Assembly: GCA_963769935.1 (NCBI GenBank)
Contig: CAVYNY010000001.1
Span: 32,001 to 96,000 of the forward strand
Direction of reading: 5' to 3'
Source of the DNA: an uncultured delta proteobacterium
GTDB lineage: Bacteria > Desulfobacterota > Desulfobacteria > Desulfobacterales > JAFDCJ01
DNA: 64,000 nt
Notes under the pieces: model-generated
The model's database searches: none
Told to the model about the DNA's origin: nothing
The model's input: only the letters and a program-made list of their open reading frames with translations
Made by a program: the position numbers and the translations under genes
Part shown: piece after piece, positions 48,388 to 58,700 of the stretch
Layout of the letters: each line of letters starts with the position of its first letter
Numbering within the stretch: the stretch's first letter is position 1

Positions 48388-50916
48388 ATGCTGCGTGGAA
48401 AACTGCCTTTTTCAACTCTGGTACTGGTTGCCATAACCGTTGCGTTTATTGCGGGCCATATCCTCTTTGATGTGGATTTGCTGCAGCCTTTGGAATACAG
48501 GGTGTACGATTGGATGAGCCGCCTGCGCCAGCGCAAGGCCGGCGACCAGGTTATCGTCCTGGCGATAGACGACCAAAGCATCCAACAGCTCGGCGGCTGG
48601 CCCTGGCCCCGCTCCTACATCGCAGAAATGGTTCGCCTGCTCTCAGACAGTGGCGCTCACACGATTGGCCTTTCACTTTTGTATCCCAGCCGCGAGTTAA
48701 ATCCCGGTCTGCAGGAAATTGAAAATATTAAAGCAACACTGAATGATTTACCGTCAAAGTCCGACCGCAAATCACTGAGCAAAATTACCGGCATGCTGGC
48801 GGAAGCCGAAGAAAAGCTAAACCATGATAATCAGCTGATATCAGCCATCCGCAGTGCGCGCAATGTCGTCCTGCCGCTGTGGTTTACCCTCGGCGGTTTG
48901 GCGGATGACAAATCTGAACGGCTGTCGGGTTGGCTGAAAATGAATTCCATTGAATTAAACGACACTGCGGATAATAAGGATCGCCTGCTTGCGGCCGATA
49001 GCGGTTTTCGCGGCATTTTAAATAATCACCGGATAACCGCCAGCCGGATTACGGAACCATACGATGATTTGTCCACCAAAGCCGGTGCCCTGGGACACAT
49101 CAACCTGATCAGCGACCAAGACGGCATCGTTCGCAAAATGCCGCTGTTGATTTCCTATCAGGACAGGGAATTCGTATCCTTTGCTTTCCAGGTAGCCAGA
49201 AAATATGCGGGCGGCCGCTTGAGCGATACAAAGGTGGAACCGACCCGACTCGTCTTAAGGCACCTGCAGATTCCCACAGAGAATAACCACCGGATGTTAA
49301 TCGATTACGGAGGACAAAATTCCAATATTAAACAGTTTTCATTTGCGGATGTCCTCAAAGGCAAAATAAATCCGGATGAATTCCGTAAAAAAGTCGTCCT
49401 GTTAGGGGTTACGGCCGGGGGGGTGTCCCAACAGTACCACACGCCTCTCCTATCCGACGTTCCGGGCCTGACCATCGAAGCCAATGTCGTGGAAAATATC
49501 ATCAACGGCAAATTTATCGCGCGTCCTGCCTGGGTCTTTTTCCTGGAGATTCTGGCGTTATTGTATTTCAGCATTTTTCTAATTTTCGTCATCCCGAAAG
49601 TTTCACCCCGGATCGCAATGCTGATTTTAGGGATCTTTTTGCTGACCTGGGTCGGAGCCGGTATAATTTTGTTTGTCGCCAATGGTACCTGGCTGAAAAT
49701 TCTCGCACCTGTATTTCTATCGATCATTGGTTTTGCCCTTACCAGCCGCCAACGCAACATCGCCGAAAAGCAGGATGAAAATGTGGAGCTCAACAAGAGC
49801 CTGGGCTTGGCCTTGCAAGGCCAAGGTATGCTGGACATGGCTTTTGAGAAGTTTTTAAAGTGTCCGATCGAAGATAAAGCCGTGCAGAACCTGTTGTACA
49901 ATCTCGGCTTGGATTTTGAACGCAAACGAATGACCAACAAGGCGCTTTCCGTCTATCGCCACATTTTGAAGGCTGATAACTTCAAAGACGTCAAGGAGCG
50001 CATAAAGAAGCTCATTTCGCTGGAAAATACGCTGTCGATGTCCGGGGCAGCCGCCAAAAAAGAAACCACCTTTTTATTGCAAAACGGCACCACCAAGCCC
50101 ACCCTCGGGCGGTACGAGATCCTGGAGGAACTGGGGCAGGGAGCCATGGGCACGGTTTACCTCGGCCGGGATCCGAACATCAATCGCGAGGTCGCCATCA
50201 AGACCGTCAACTACGCGGAAATTGCCGTCGATGAATTAAACGATGTCAAAGCACGGTTTTTTCGGGAAGCTGAAGCGGCCGGCAAGCTTTCCCATCCAAA
50301 CATCGTAACGATCTATGATATGGGTGAGGACCACGACATGGCCTACATTGCCATGGAACTGCTAAAGGGCAAAGAACTGACCCACTATTCTCAGAAAGCG
50401 AATCTGCTGCCGTTAAAAAGGGTTATTAAAATAGTCGGTGCGGTAGCCGACGCCCTGGGATATGCACACAGCCAAGAGGTGGTGCACCGCGACATCAAAC
50501 CGGCTAATATAATTCTGTTGGACGACGATCTGGTCAAAGTTGCCGATTTCGGCATCGCGCGGGTCATGTCTTCATCCAAAACGCAGACAGGCGTCATATT
50601 CGGCACACCCAATTATATGTCCCCGGAACAGATTGCAGGCAAAAAAGTGGATGGCCGATCGGATCTTTTTTCGCTCGGGGTGGTTTTTTACGAACTGCTT
50701 ACCGGTGAAAAACCATTTAAAGGGGATAGCATGACGGCCCTGCTGTACGCCGTATCCAATACAGAGTATGTCCCGCTGTCTGAAACCGCTCCCAAAACCC
50801 CCCCCTGCTGCACCGAAATTGTCGAGCGGCTGCTCTCCAAAGGCGTCTCCAAACGTTATCAGACGGCTTCCCAGGTGATCAAAGAGGTCCAGTTGTGCCT
50901 GGAGACCTTGAATTAA
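48388..50916 (+). CDS. CHASE2-domain membrane Ser/Thr protein kinase (Hanks type)
   Basis: CHASE2 LAIDDQSI..GWPWPRS, DQDGIVRK, KKVVLLG; three TM helices; kinase LGQGAMG, VAIK, HRDIKPAN, DFG, YMSPEQ, DLFSLG. Confidence 0.93.
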   Translation: MLRGKLPFSTLVLVAITVAFIAGHILFDVDLLQPLEYRVYDWMSRLRQRKAGDQVIVLAIDDQSIQQLGGWPWPRSYIAEMVRLLSDSGAHTIGLSLLYPSRELNPGLQEIENIKATLNDLPSKSDRKSLSKITGMLAEAEEKLNHDNQLISAIRSARNVVLPLWFTLGGLADDKSERLSGWLKMNSIELNDTADNKDRLLAADSGFRGILNNHRITASRITEPYDDLSTKAGALGHINLISDQDGIVRKMPLLISYQDREFVSFAFQVARKYAGGRLSDTKVEPTRLVLRHLQIPTENNHRMLIDYGGQNSNIKQFSFADVLKGKINPDEFRKKVVLLGVTAGGVSQQYHTPLLSDVPGLTIEANVVENIINGKFIARPAWVFFLEILALLYFSIFLIFVIPKVSPRIAMLILGIFLLTWVGAGIILFVANGTWLKILAPVFLSIIGFALTSRQRNIAEKQDENVELNKSLGLALQGQGMLDMAFEKFLKCPIEDKAVQNLLYNLGLDFERKRMTNKALSVYRHILKADNFKDVKERIKKLISLENTLSMSGAAAKKETTFLLQNGTTKPTLGRYEILEELGQGAMGTVYLGRDPNINREVAIKTVNYAEIAVDELNDVKARFFREAEAAGKLSHPNIVTIYDMGEDHDMAYIAMELLKGKELTHYSQKANLLPLKRVIKIVGAVADALGYAHSQEVVHRDIKPANIILLDDDLVKVADFGIARVMSSSKTQTGVIFGTPNYMSPEQIAGKKVDGRSDLFSLGVVFYELLTGEKPFKGDSMTALLYAVSNTEYVPLSETAPKTPPCCTEIVERLLSKGVSKRYQTASQVIKEVQLCLETLN

Positions 50917-51057
50917 AAAAGAGGTAAAGATCCGCGCGGAATGTACCGATAGTAATTTTTAAAGCGACCGGCCGAGCCAACCGCAAGATCAAACCACCGG
51001 CAAATAATTCAACACCTGGAAAATTTCTATAACTGGATAAAAATCAATGGAGGGACC

Positions 51058-51399
51058 ATGCTCAAAATTTTAGTGAAATTAAAAGACAAGGAGCTCAAAA
51101 CCTTGGAAACAGATAAAACGGAAATTACCATTGGGCGTAATGAAAACAGTGATATTCCCATCAATAACCTGGGGGCCTCGAAAAAGCATGCCAGGATTTT
51201 CCAGCGCAACGGGGAGTATATTCTTGAGGATCTAAAAAGCACCAACGGCACCCTCCTGAATAACAAAGGCATTATCACCGCCAAGTTAACCGGCAATGAT
51301 GTCGTAACTATTGGTAAACATCAGCTTTTTATAACCATAGAGGATGGCAGAGATGCCACCACAGCCTTTGCCGAGAAGACCATCAAAATTTCATTCTGA
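51058..51399 (+). CDS. Stand-alone FHA-domain protein
   Basis: ITIGR, SKKHARI, DLKSTNGTLLN. Confidence 0.92.
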   Translation: MLKILVKLKDKELKTLETDKTEITIGRNENSDIPINNLGASKKHARIFQRNGEYILEDLKSTNGTLLNNKGIITAKLTGNDVVTIGKHQLFITIEDGRDATTAFAEKTIKISF

Positions 51400-51503
51400 A
51401 AATTTGTAATTATCCGTCGATACGTTCTCAAGAAAAAATATTCGATGTTACTAGAAATACTTTCGTATAATAAGTTCATACTAGTGCGGAAGGAGGATTG
51501 GCC

Positions 51504-52022
51504 GTGGGCGTGAGAATGTATCCGATCGAAATCGATGAGAAAATGTGGCATTTCCTGCAGCAAAATGCCGAACCGTTTGTGGATACACCCAATTCGGTGC
51601 TGAACCGGATTTTGTTCGGAGCGGACGGAAAAAAAGACGATGCGGCCGCTCTGTATACGATTCCTTCGGTTAACATCGAGGGATTGCCCAAATCCCTCTC
51701 ACAAATTTTGGAAGTCGTTTATGAAATGGAGGTCAACGGCTACAGCCGCATCGAGGCCACCAACCGCGTGGCAAAAAAGCGCGGCACGGCCCCGCAAACC
51801 ATTACCGATAAATATTGCCGCCAGCTGGGTAAAAGAGCCCACGAGATCGATGAATTATTGACGGAGCCGGGTTACCACAGTTTTAAAGATCTTCTGACCA
51901 GCAAATTTTCCGGCCATAGCGGTCTCGTCGACATGTATTTTGACAGCATGCTGTCGGATGCCGATGATGCGGAATTTGTCGCGCCGCAAATCCAGGAGTT
52001 CGAGCCGGCATCCGATGAATAG
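51504..52022 (+). CDS. Hypothetical protein with N-terminal ribbon-helix-helix (SeqA-N-like) pattern
   Basis: IEIDEKMWHFLQQNAEPFVDTPNSVLNRIL; RBS aggagg at 51491-51496; start could be 51498, 51504 or 51516. Confidence 0.55.
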   Translation: MGVRMYPIEIDEKMWHFLQQNAEPFVDTPNSVLNRILFGADGKKDDAAALYTIPSVNIEGLPKSLSQILEVVYEMEVNGYSRIEATNRVAKKRGTAPQTITDKYCRQLGKRAHEIDELLTEPGYHSFKDLLTSKFSGHSGLVDMYFDSMLSDADDAEFVAPQIQEFEPASDE

Positions 52023-52030
52023 CATAAACT

Positions 52031-53215
52031 TTACTTCGACCCCGCCCCACTCGATTTCTTATATAAGGGCGAGATTTCGCGCAAGGTGGCAACCACCTTC
52101 TTTAACGATTCCAACAGTAAATCTACCTCGTCTTCCGTGTTGTCCACCCCAAATGAAATCACAAGTGTTCCCTGGGCATCAGCATGACTAAGGCCCAATG
52201 ACAGCAGCACGTGCGATGCTCTCAGAGAACCGGTGGCGCAAGCCGACCGGGTCGATACCGCAATACCGTCATCATCCAGCATCAGCACCACGCTTTCCCC
52301 TTCTATATACTTGATGGAAACTGAAACCAGGTTCGGCAAACTGAATTGATCGTGGGAGTTTATGATGTATTCATCGACATAACCGGGCAATTCAGCAATG
52401 AACTTATCTTTGAGCCTCCTTAAATGCGCCAGACGTGCGTTGAGATCTCGTTCGGCAATCTCAGCGGCTTTTCCCATGGCAATGATCCCGATCAAATTTT
52501 CAGTTCCGGCCCGCTTGTTGTTTTCCTGGACGCCGCCGTCCAGCAGCGGAAATACCCGGGTTCCACGGCGAATATACAGTCCCCCGACCCCGCCGGGCCC
52601 ATAAAAGGTATTGGCGGCCAGGCTCAGCAGATCAACGCCGAGCGCCTGAACATCGATGGGCACAACTCCGACTGAATCGACGGCATCCGTATGAAATATC
52701 ACTTTTTTTCGGCGGGTAATGCGTGCAATCTCCTCAATCGGCTGCATGGTACCGGTTTCGTTATTGCTGTGCATGATGGAAACCAGAATGGTCTCATCCG
52801 TAATGGCCTCGGATACGTCCTGCGGGTTTACCCGTCCGGCTGTATCCACCGGCAATGAGGTTACCCGGAAGCCCGCCGAATTTAAACGGCGCAGGCTTCG
52901 GATGACCGCATTGTGTTCAATGTTGGAGGTGATGATGTGTTTGCCTTTTTCGGAATTGGCCAGCGCTGCGCCTTTTATGGCATGATTTATAGATTCGGTG
53001 CCGCCGGATGTGAACACAATTTCCTTGGGTGCATCCGCGTTGATCAGCTTTGCCACCGACCGGCGCGCCTGTTCGATGGCTTCGGCGGCCTGCTCACCGG
53101 CCCGATGCTGGCTGGAAGGATTGTGATAATCCCTTTTTATGGCTTCAATCATCGTTTCCTTGACTTCCGGCAGAAGGGGGTTTGCTGAGATATGATCGAA
53201 ATTAATAAATTTCAT
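52031..53215 (-). CDS. iscS: IscS/NifS-type cysteine desulfurase homologue lacking the PLP lysine
   Basis: HNPSS, FTSGGTES, IEHNAV, MHSNNETG, RAGTEN, STRSACATG..SHVL; ATG at 53215 overlaps the iscU stop (TAATG). Confidence 0.88.
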   Translation of the reverse strand: MKFINFDHISANPLLPEVKETMIEAIKRDYHNPSSQHRAGEQAAEAIEQARRSVAKLINADAPKEIVFTSGGTESINHAIKGAALANSEKGKHIITSNIEHNAVIRSLRRLNSAGFRVTSLPVDTAGRVNPQDVSEAITDETILVSIMHSNNETGTMQPIEEIARITRRKKVIFHTDAVDSVGVVPIDVQALGVDLLSLAANTFYGPGGVGGLYIRRGTRVFPLLDGGVQENNKRAGTENLIGIIAMGKAAEIAERDLNARLAHLRRLKDKFIAELPGYVDEYIINSHDQFSLPNLVSVSIKYIEGESVVLMLDDDGIAVSTRSACATGSLRASHVLLSLGLSHADAQGTLVISFGVDNTEDEVDLLLESLKKVVATLREISPLYKKSSGAGSK

Positions 53216-53727
53216 TAGTGATCCTCTTCCAGACTCGACTGGCACGCATCGCAAAATGTCGCATTTTCGGCCAGCTCGACATCGCAGTACGGGCAGTAGC
53301 ATTTATCCCCGTGGGTGTGCTCGTGTTCATCCTTGCGCCTGGGTTCGGCCCGAATAATACCGGCTTGGCGGTCCTCATAATTTTTGATCGCCATGTGCAG
53401 CGCATCGGCCCCTAGGTTGGAGCAGTGCAGCTTGTTTTTGGGCAACCCCTCCAGTGCGGCAGCCACGTCTTTGTTGGTAATTTTTTTGGCTTCTTCAATA
53501 GTTTTGCCGGCGGCAATTTCAGTCAGCATACTTGACACGGCAATCGCAGACCCGCAGCCAAAGGTCTGAAACTTGATATCTGCTATGCGCTCGTCCGCCA
53601 CTTTCAGATAAATCGTCATCATGTCGCCGCACAGGGGATTGCCGACCTCTCCGATCCCGTCGGCATTTTCGATCACTCCCACGTTTCTGGGATTACGGAA
53701 ATGATCCATAACCGTTTCGTTGTACAT
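53215..53727 (-). CDS. iscU: IscU/NifU-N Fe-S scaffold with C-terminal His-rich and zinc-ribbon extension
   Basis: MDHFRNPRNVG, GNPLCGD, FGCGSAIA, LPKNKLHCS; tail HEHTHGDKCYCPYC..FCDAC; RBS ggagga. Confidence 0.92.
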   Translation of the reverse strand: MYNETVMDHFRNPRNVGVIENADGIGEVGNPLCGDMMTIYLKVADERIADIKFQTFGCGSAIAVSSMLTEIAAGKTIEEAKKITNKDVAAALEGLPKNKLHCSNLGADALHMAIKNYEDRQAGIIRAEPRRKDEHEHTHGDKCYCPYCDVELAENATFCDACQSSLEEDH

Positions 53728-53770
53728 GCAGGCTCCTCCTCCATTGTTGGTTGATTGCTGCTGTCAATAT

Positions 53771-54802
53771 TCAATCTGCAATCTTCAATACTTTGGCGCC
53801 TCTGATTTTCCCCTCTTTCAGCTCTACCAGCGCCTGGTTTGCATCTTGCAGAGCGAATTCCTGGACCTCCGGTTTGATGGGAATCCGCGCGGCCAGCTCT
53901 AGAAATTCAGCGACATCACGCCGGGTCACGTTGGCCACACTTTTAATTTCCTTTTCCATCCATAGATGTCCCGGATAATCGATATCCAAGAGCGACTTCT
54001 TGTCGGATTCTTCTTTGCGAATCGCATTTATAACCAATCTGCCGCCACTTTTCAAGTTATTCAAAGCTTCAACCACCGGTTGCCAAGCCGGGGTGGTATC
54101 AATGATGCAATCCAGTTTTTCCGGTGCCGGCGTCTGCGTGGCCCCGGCCCAGCAAGCGCCGAGTTGCCGGGCAAAATCTCTTTCGGTTTTGCTCCTGGCA
54201 AAAACGAAGACCCTGGTGTTGGGAAATTTATGCCTGGCCATTTTCAAAACCAGATGGGCTGACGCACCAAAGCCGGTCAATCCCAAACTCAAGCCATCCT
54301 GAATCCCGGTCAGGTGCAGGGACCGATATCCGATGGCGCCGGCACACAGCAGCGGGGCCGCCTGGGAATTCGTGAAGGTCTCTGGAATCTGATGGGCAAA
54401 GTCTTCCGATACCGCGGCAAATTCGGCATACCCGCCCTGGGCGTCCCGACCGGTGGCCCTGAACTCATCACATAGATTTTCAGAACCATTTTTGCAGCTG
54501 GCGCAGTGACCGCAGGCCGAATAAATCCAGGCCATTCCGACGCGGTCGCCTATTTTGAGGCGATGGGCCTCGCTGCCCTTTTGTATTACCCGACCGACGA
54601 CCTGATGACCTAAAATAATCGGCAAATGCGGCGGCGGCGTGCGGCCCTCGATTTCATCGAGTTCGGTGTGGCAAACACCACAGGTAGATACTCTTATCAG
54701 AATCTCGTTGGCGCCCGGGACCGGCTCCCGAAGATTCACAAGCTCCAGCGGGTTTTTATTTGAGTCCATGCTGCTGATTCGATTCAATACCATGGCTTTC
54801 AT
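53771..54802 (-). CDS. Zinc-dependent alcohol dehydrogenase family protein
   Basis: CGVCHTE, GHQVVG, CGHCASC..NLC, APLLCAG, GFGASAH. Confidence 0.92.
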   Translation of the reverse strand: MKAMVLNRISSMDSNKNPLELVNLREPVPGANEILIRVSTCGVCHTELDEIEGRTPPPHLPIILGHQVVGRVIQKGSEAHRLKIGDRVGMAWIYSACGHCASCKNGSENLCDEFRATGRDAQGGYAEFAAVSEDFAHQIPETFTNSQAAPLLCAGAIGYRSLHLTGIQDGLSLGLTGFGASAHLVLKMARHKFPNTRVFVFARSKTERDFARQLGACWAGATQTPAPEKLDCIIDTTPAWQPVVEALNNLKSGGRLVINAIRKEESDKKSLLDIDYPGHLWMEKEIKSVANVTRRDVAEFLELAARIPIKPEVQEFALQDANQALVELKEGKIRGAKVLKIAD

Positions 54803-54839
54803 AAAAGCCGGCCCTCCCGTTTAATTTTATTTTCAGCTT

Positions 54840-55358
54840 TTATCTTTCCATGGCAAGATCACCATTGTAGAAAGATTCAAGCCGCAGCTGCTGTGAACGC
54901 CAGGAATTGTTATCGTTGGCAAAGGTTTCGATGTTGACCTCCGTCAGATGGGTTACCATCCGGATGTCTTCCGTGGCTTGCTCTGAATTTCCCAGCTTGT
55001 TGTAAAGATTGGCACGGCTGAAATACGCAGCCCCATAGTTGGGGGCCAATTCTAGCGTTCGGTTAAAGTCCTGAAGCGCTTTATCGTTATCCCCGGATTT
55101 CTCATAGGCCAGGCCCCGCAAGTGATAAGCTCTGGCATTGCCGGGCTTCAACTCAACGACCGCGCTAAAGTCGGCAATAGCTTCGCCGGCCTTATCCAGT
55201 CTCAGATAGGCGGCACCCCGGCTTTTAAATGCCAGCGTAAATTCAGGGTCGAGCGCAATGGCCTGGGATAAACGTTCAATGCTCTGGCCATAGTTATGAT
55301 TGACAAACTCCACCATTCCCTCTTCAAACATTATTTGCGCGGTATGGTTAGCGGACAT
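54840..55358 (-). CDS. Tetratricopeptide-repeat protein
   Basis: Repeated A...RG.AY..L....AI.DF..A..L.P units; RBS ggagg before ATG 55358; candidate promoter TTGACA-17-TAGCCT at 55502-55474. Confidence 0.88.
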   Translation of the reverse strand: MSANHTAQIMFEEGMVEFVNHNYGQSIERLSQAIALDPEFTLAFKSRGAAYLRLDKAGEAIADFSAVVELKPGNARAYHLRGLAYEKSGDNDKALQDFNRTLELAPNYGAAYFSRANLYNKLGNSEQATEDIRMVTHLTEVNIETFANDNNSWRSQQLRLESFYNGDLAMER

Positions 55359-55740
55359 GGAACTTCCTCCATCAAACACCGATAGTTCAATTTATGAAAA
55401 TTTCCCCCCGGATATTTGCTGCGGTCCAGCGGGAAGGTCAATTCTCAGAGCAACCGCATAGGTTGCATCAAAGAGGCTAACTATCCAATCCGGCGGTGTC
55501 AAGAACTCTTCTGAAATACCATCATTTAAAAAATCAGCTTGACCAAAAATGCACCCTTGATTATGCTGAAAGATTCATTTCGATATTCCCGCCAGGCCCT
55601 GCGTGGATTGATATTGCCGAACGGCATCTGAATCGGCCCAATGGATGCACTCCGGTCGATATATAGGCAAGTTCCGGACGACATCCTTGCCGTACCCGGA
55701 ATTTTCCCCTGGCATCATAACTGCATATAAAATAGCCACA

Positions 55741-58700
55741 ATGCCCAATCGCAAAAATATAATCAGCTTTTTAACCAGGAGCCTGCTGGTTTTCATTTTT
55801 CTGGCCGTCGTCGTGATGGTATTTACGCCTGGTCTGATCAACCTGGAAATGGTGAAAAAGACCATCAAAGAAAATATTTCCAGCAATGTCGGCGGCCGGA
55901 TCACCTACCGGAATTTGAAGCTCTCGTATTTCCCACGTCCCCATGTGGTAATCCGTGAAGCAGAGATATCCCTTCCTGAAAGCTACACGATCAACATCCA
56001 GTGGATGCGGATTTATCCAAAAATATGGCCCTTGTTCAAGGGGCGGCTGCAATTCGATTATATCAAGCTCGATTATGCCGATTACTTTATGAAGCTGCCG
56101 CGTATCCAGGATGCGGCACCCGCACAGCCTGAAAGACGTCGGTCCTGGGACGAAATGGCCAAAGCCTTTACCGAGGCCGTCCGCAATCTTCCAGAATTCA
56201 AGTTGCCGGACCTGGATTTGAGGGTAAATAACGGCAGGGTAAATCTGATCGATCCTTCCGGGCAAAAATTCATGCTCCGTGAACTGCAGGCACGATATGT
56301 ACGCAGTCGGGCCGGGCTTGACTTCTCTCTCCAGTGCAAATCGAATCTCTGGGAACGAATCGATATCAGCGGATTGCTCGACCCGGCCGACTTCAAGGGC
56401 CACGGCCGGGTGCAGCTCTCCGGTTTCCGCCCCCAGACGTTAATTGCCTATCTCTTCCCCGATTCAGCGCTGCGGATGACCGACACCAGGGCCAGCGTGA
56501 ATATTGATTTTCAATCCGACGGTGCCGGAAGCATACAGGCGGATGTCATCGGAACCATGCCCTTGCTTGAATTTAACCGCCGCAGCGCGAAGCTGGTTGT
56601 TAAAGGCGTCCGGTTAAAAGGCGCCGTCCGGGTGGATGGAAATTCGGCCCGGGCCGACCTCACCGAGTTGGGGCTGGAGTATCCCGCCCTGAATACGACC
56701 GGAACGTTTTCCTATGATGAAAATTTACATGATATTCAACTCGCTCTGAACGGCTCCCGCATTGATGCGGATTCGGTGAGACAGGCGGCGCTGGCACTGT
56801 TGGGCGAATCAGAAACGGTGCGGGCTATATTTGAGGTTATCAGAGGCGGCCGGGTTCCCTGGATGACAGTCCGGGTCCGGGGACGGACGATCCGCGATTT
56901 CGGCTTGCTGGACAACATCGTCATTCAGGGAAGGATGACCCGGGGCAGAATTTTTATCCCCGGTGCGAAACTGGATCTGGAAGAAGTTTTTGGGGATGCC
57001 GATATTTCAAACGGCATCCTGAAGGGAGAGAAACTGCAGGCGCGTTTTGGAAAATCTTACGGGCAGGATGGTTCGATGGCCCTGGGTCTGAATCAAAAAC
57101 TGGCGCCCTTTCACCTCGACATCGGTGTCAACGCCGACCTTTCCCAGCTATCGCCGGTTTTAAACCGTATCGTTGCCGACCGGGATTTTTTAAGCGAGCT
57201 GGAACGGATTAAAGACGTTGCGGGCACCGCCCAGGGAAAGTTAACGCTTGGTGATGACCTGGAAAATTTAAGCGCCCGGGTGGAAGTTACCCAGGTTCAA
57301 GCCGACATTCGCTACAACCGCATTCCCTATCCGATTAAAATCAGCGGCGGCCGCTTCTTTTTCGAGGCCAACCGCATTGCAATCCACAATTTTAATGCCG
57401 CAATCGGCAATTCCTCGCTCTCGCAGCTTTCAGCCACCATCGACTGGGCACAAACGCCCACCCTCAAAACCATTTCCAAAACCGCGCACTTCGATCTGGC
57501 TGAACTCCATGCCTGGCTGCTGTCTTTTGAAACCTTTAAAACCAGCCTGGCAGATATTCGTTCGCTCAACGGCATGATCGCGGCTGAAGACCTCAGCATC
57601 AGGGGACCCATGTTCAATCCCCGGAATTGGGACTTTCAAACCCGGGGAGCAATCGGCAAACTGACCTTGACTTCCAGCCGCCTGCCCCAAACACTGCGGA
57701 TTGACCGGGGTAATTTCACCTGCCGGGGCAGGCAACTGGATTTCAGCCAAGTAGATGCATCCCTGGGCAAATCTTCAGTCGCCCGGGTCTTCGGCAATGT
57801 GAATTGGGGGGGGAAAGCCATTGTTTCAGCCACCTCGGGCGCATCGCTATTCAACCTGGAAGATATAAATCCGGTGTTTTTTTCTGATAAAGATCTTGCC
57901 ACCGCCCTCAAAGGGTTTAGACCTTTGACGGGCAAACTGGCTTTTGATCGCCTGACATTCAGCGGTCCTGTTTCCGAACCGACATCCCGGCAAGTCTCAT
58001 TTTCAGCGGATGTCAGGCAACTGACAATTCATTCCCGGCGATTTCCGGGCGCTCTGCGCATTAATCGGGGACAATTTACCTGGCACAACAACCAGCTGGA
58101 TTTAAAAAATATTGAGGCTGCATTCGGAAAATCCACCATTTCACGGCTTTCCGCCAGCTATCATCCGGATCGCAACGCCTGGTTTGAGTTGCATTGCGGT
58201 ATGGCTCAGCTTGCCGCCGGCGAAATCCACCCTTTTCTATCCTCCTTTGGAGAACTTCAACCTGTTGTCCGGGATTTTTCAACATCAGAAGGTATTCTAA
58301 CACTCACCGACTTCGGCCTGAGCGGTCCCTTTCATGAACCGGCCGCATGGCAGTATGATTCAACCGGCAAAATGCAAAATGTCCTGGTTCATTCCGAAGC
58401 GTTGACAGAGCCGGTAACCGTCAACAGCGGCACGTTTAAACTATCCACCGAGACCTCGGCCGGAATTACCCGCCGCAGGATCAGCATAGAAAAAGCGAAG
58501 CTGACATGGAATGATAAACCCCTTACAATTGCGGGCACCCTGAGTTCATCGGCAAGTGAAACCCTGCTGGATATTTCGATTGACGCCGATGGTCCGGAAT
58601 GGAATCAGATCACTAAATTTTTGGATTATGCCGGCCGGCGAAAAACGCTGTCGGACAAAAGCGGCCACCGCCGCAATCTGAGGGGGTCGATCAGGTTTTC

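Noticed and set aside
53216..53302. N-terminal extensions in the ORF track (iscS, nuoE-like 33396, AsmA 55645, fabH 60452, exeB 47192)
   Set aside because: Downstream starts fit RBS placement, gene overlaps and family N-termini better.
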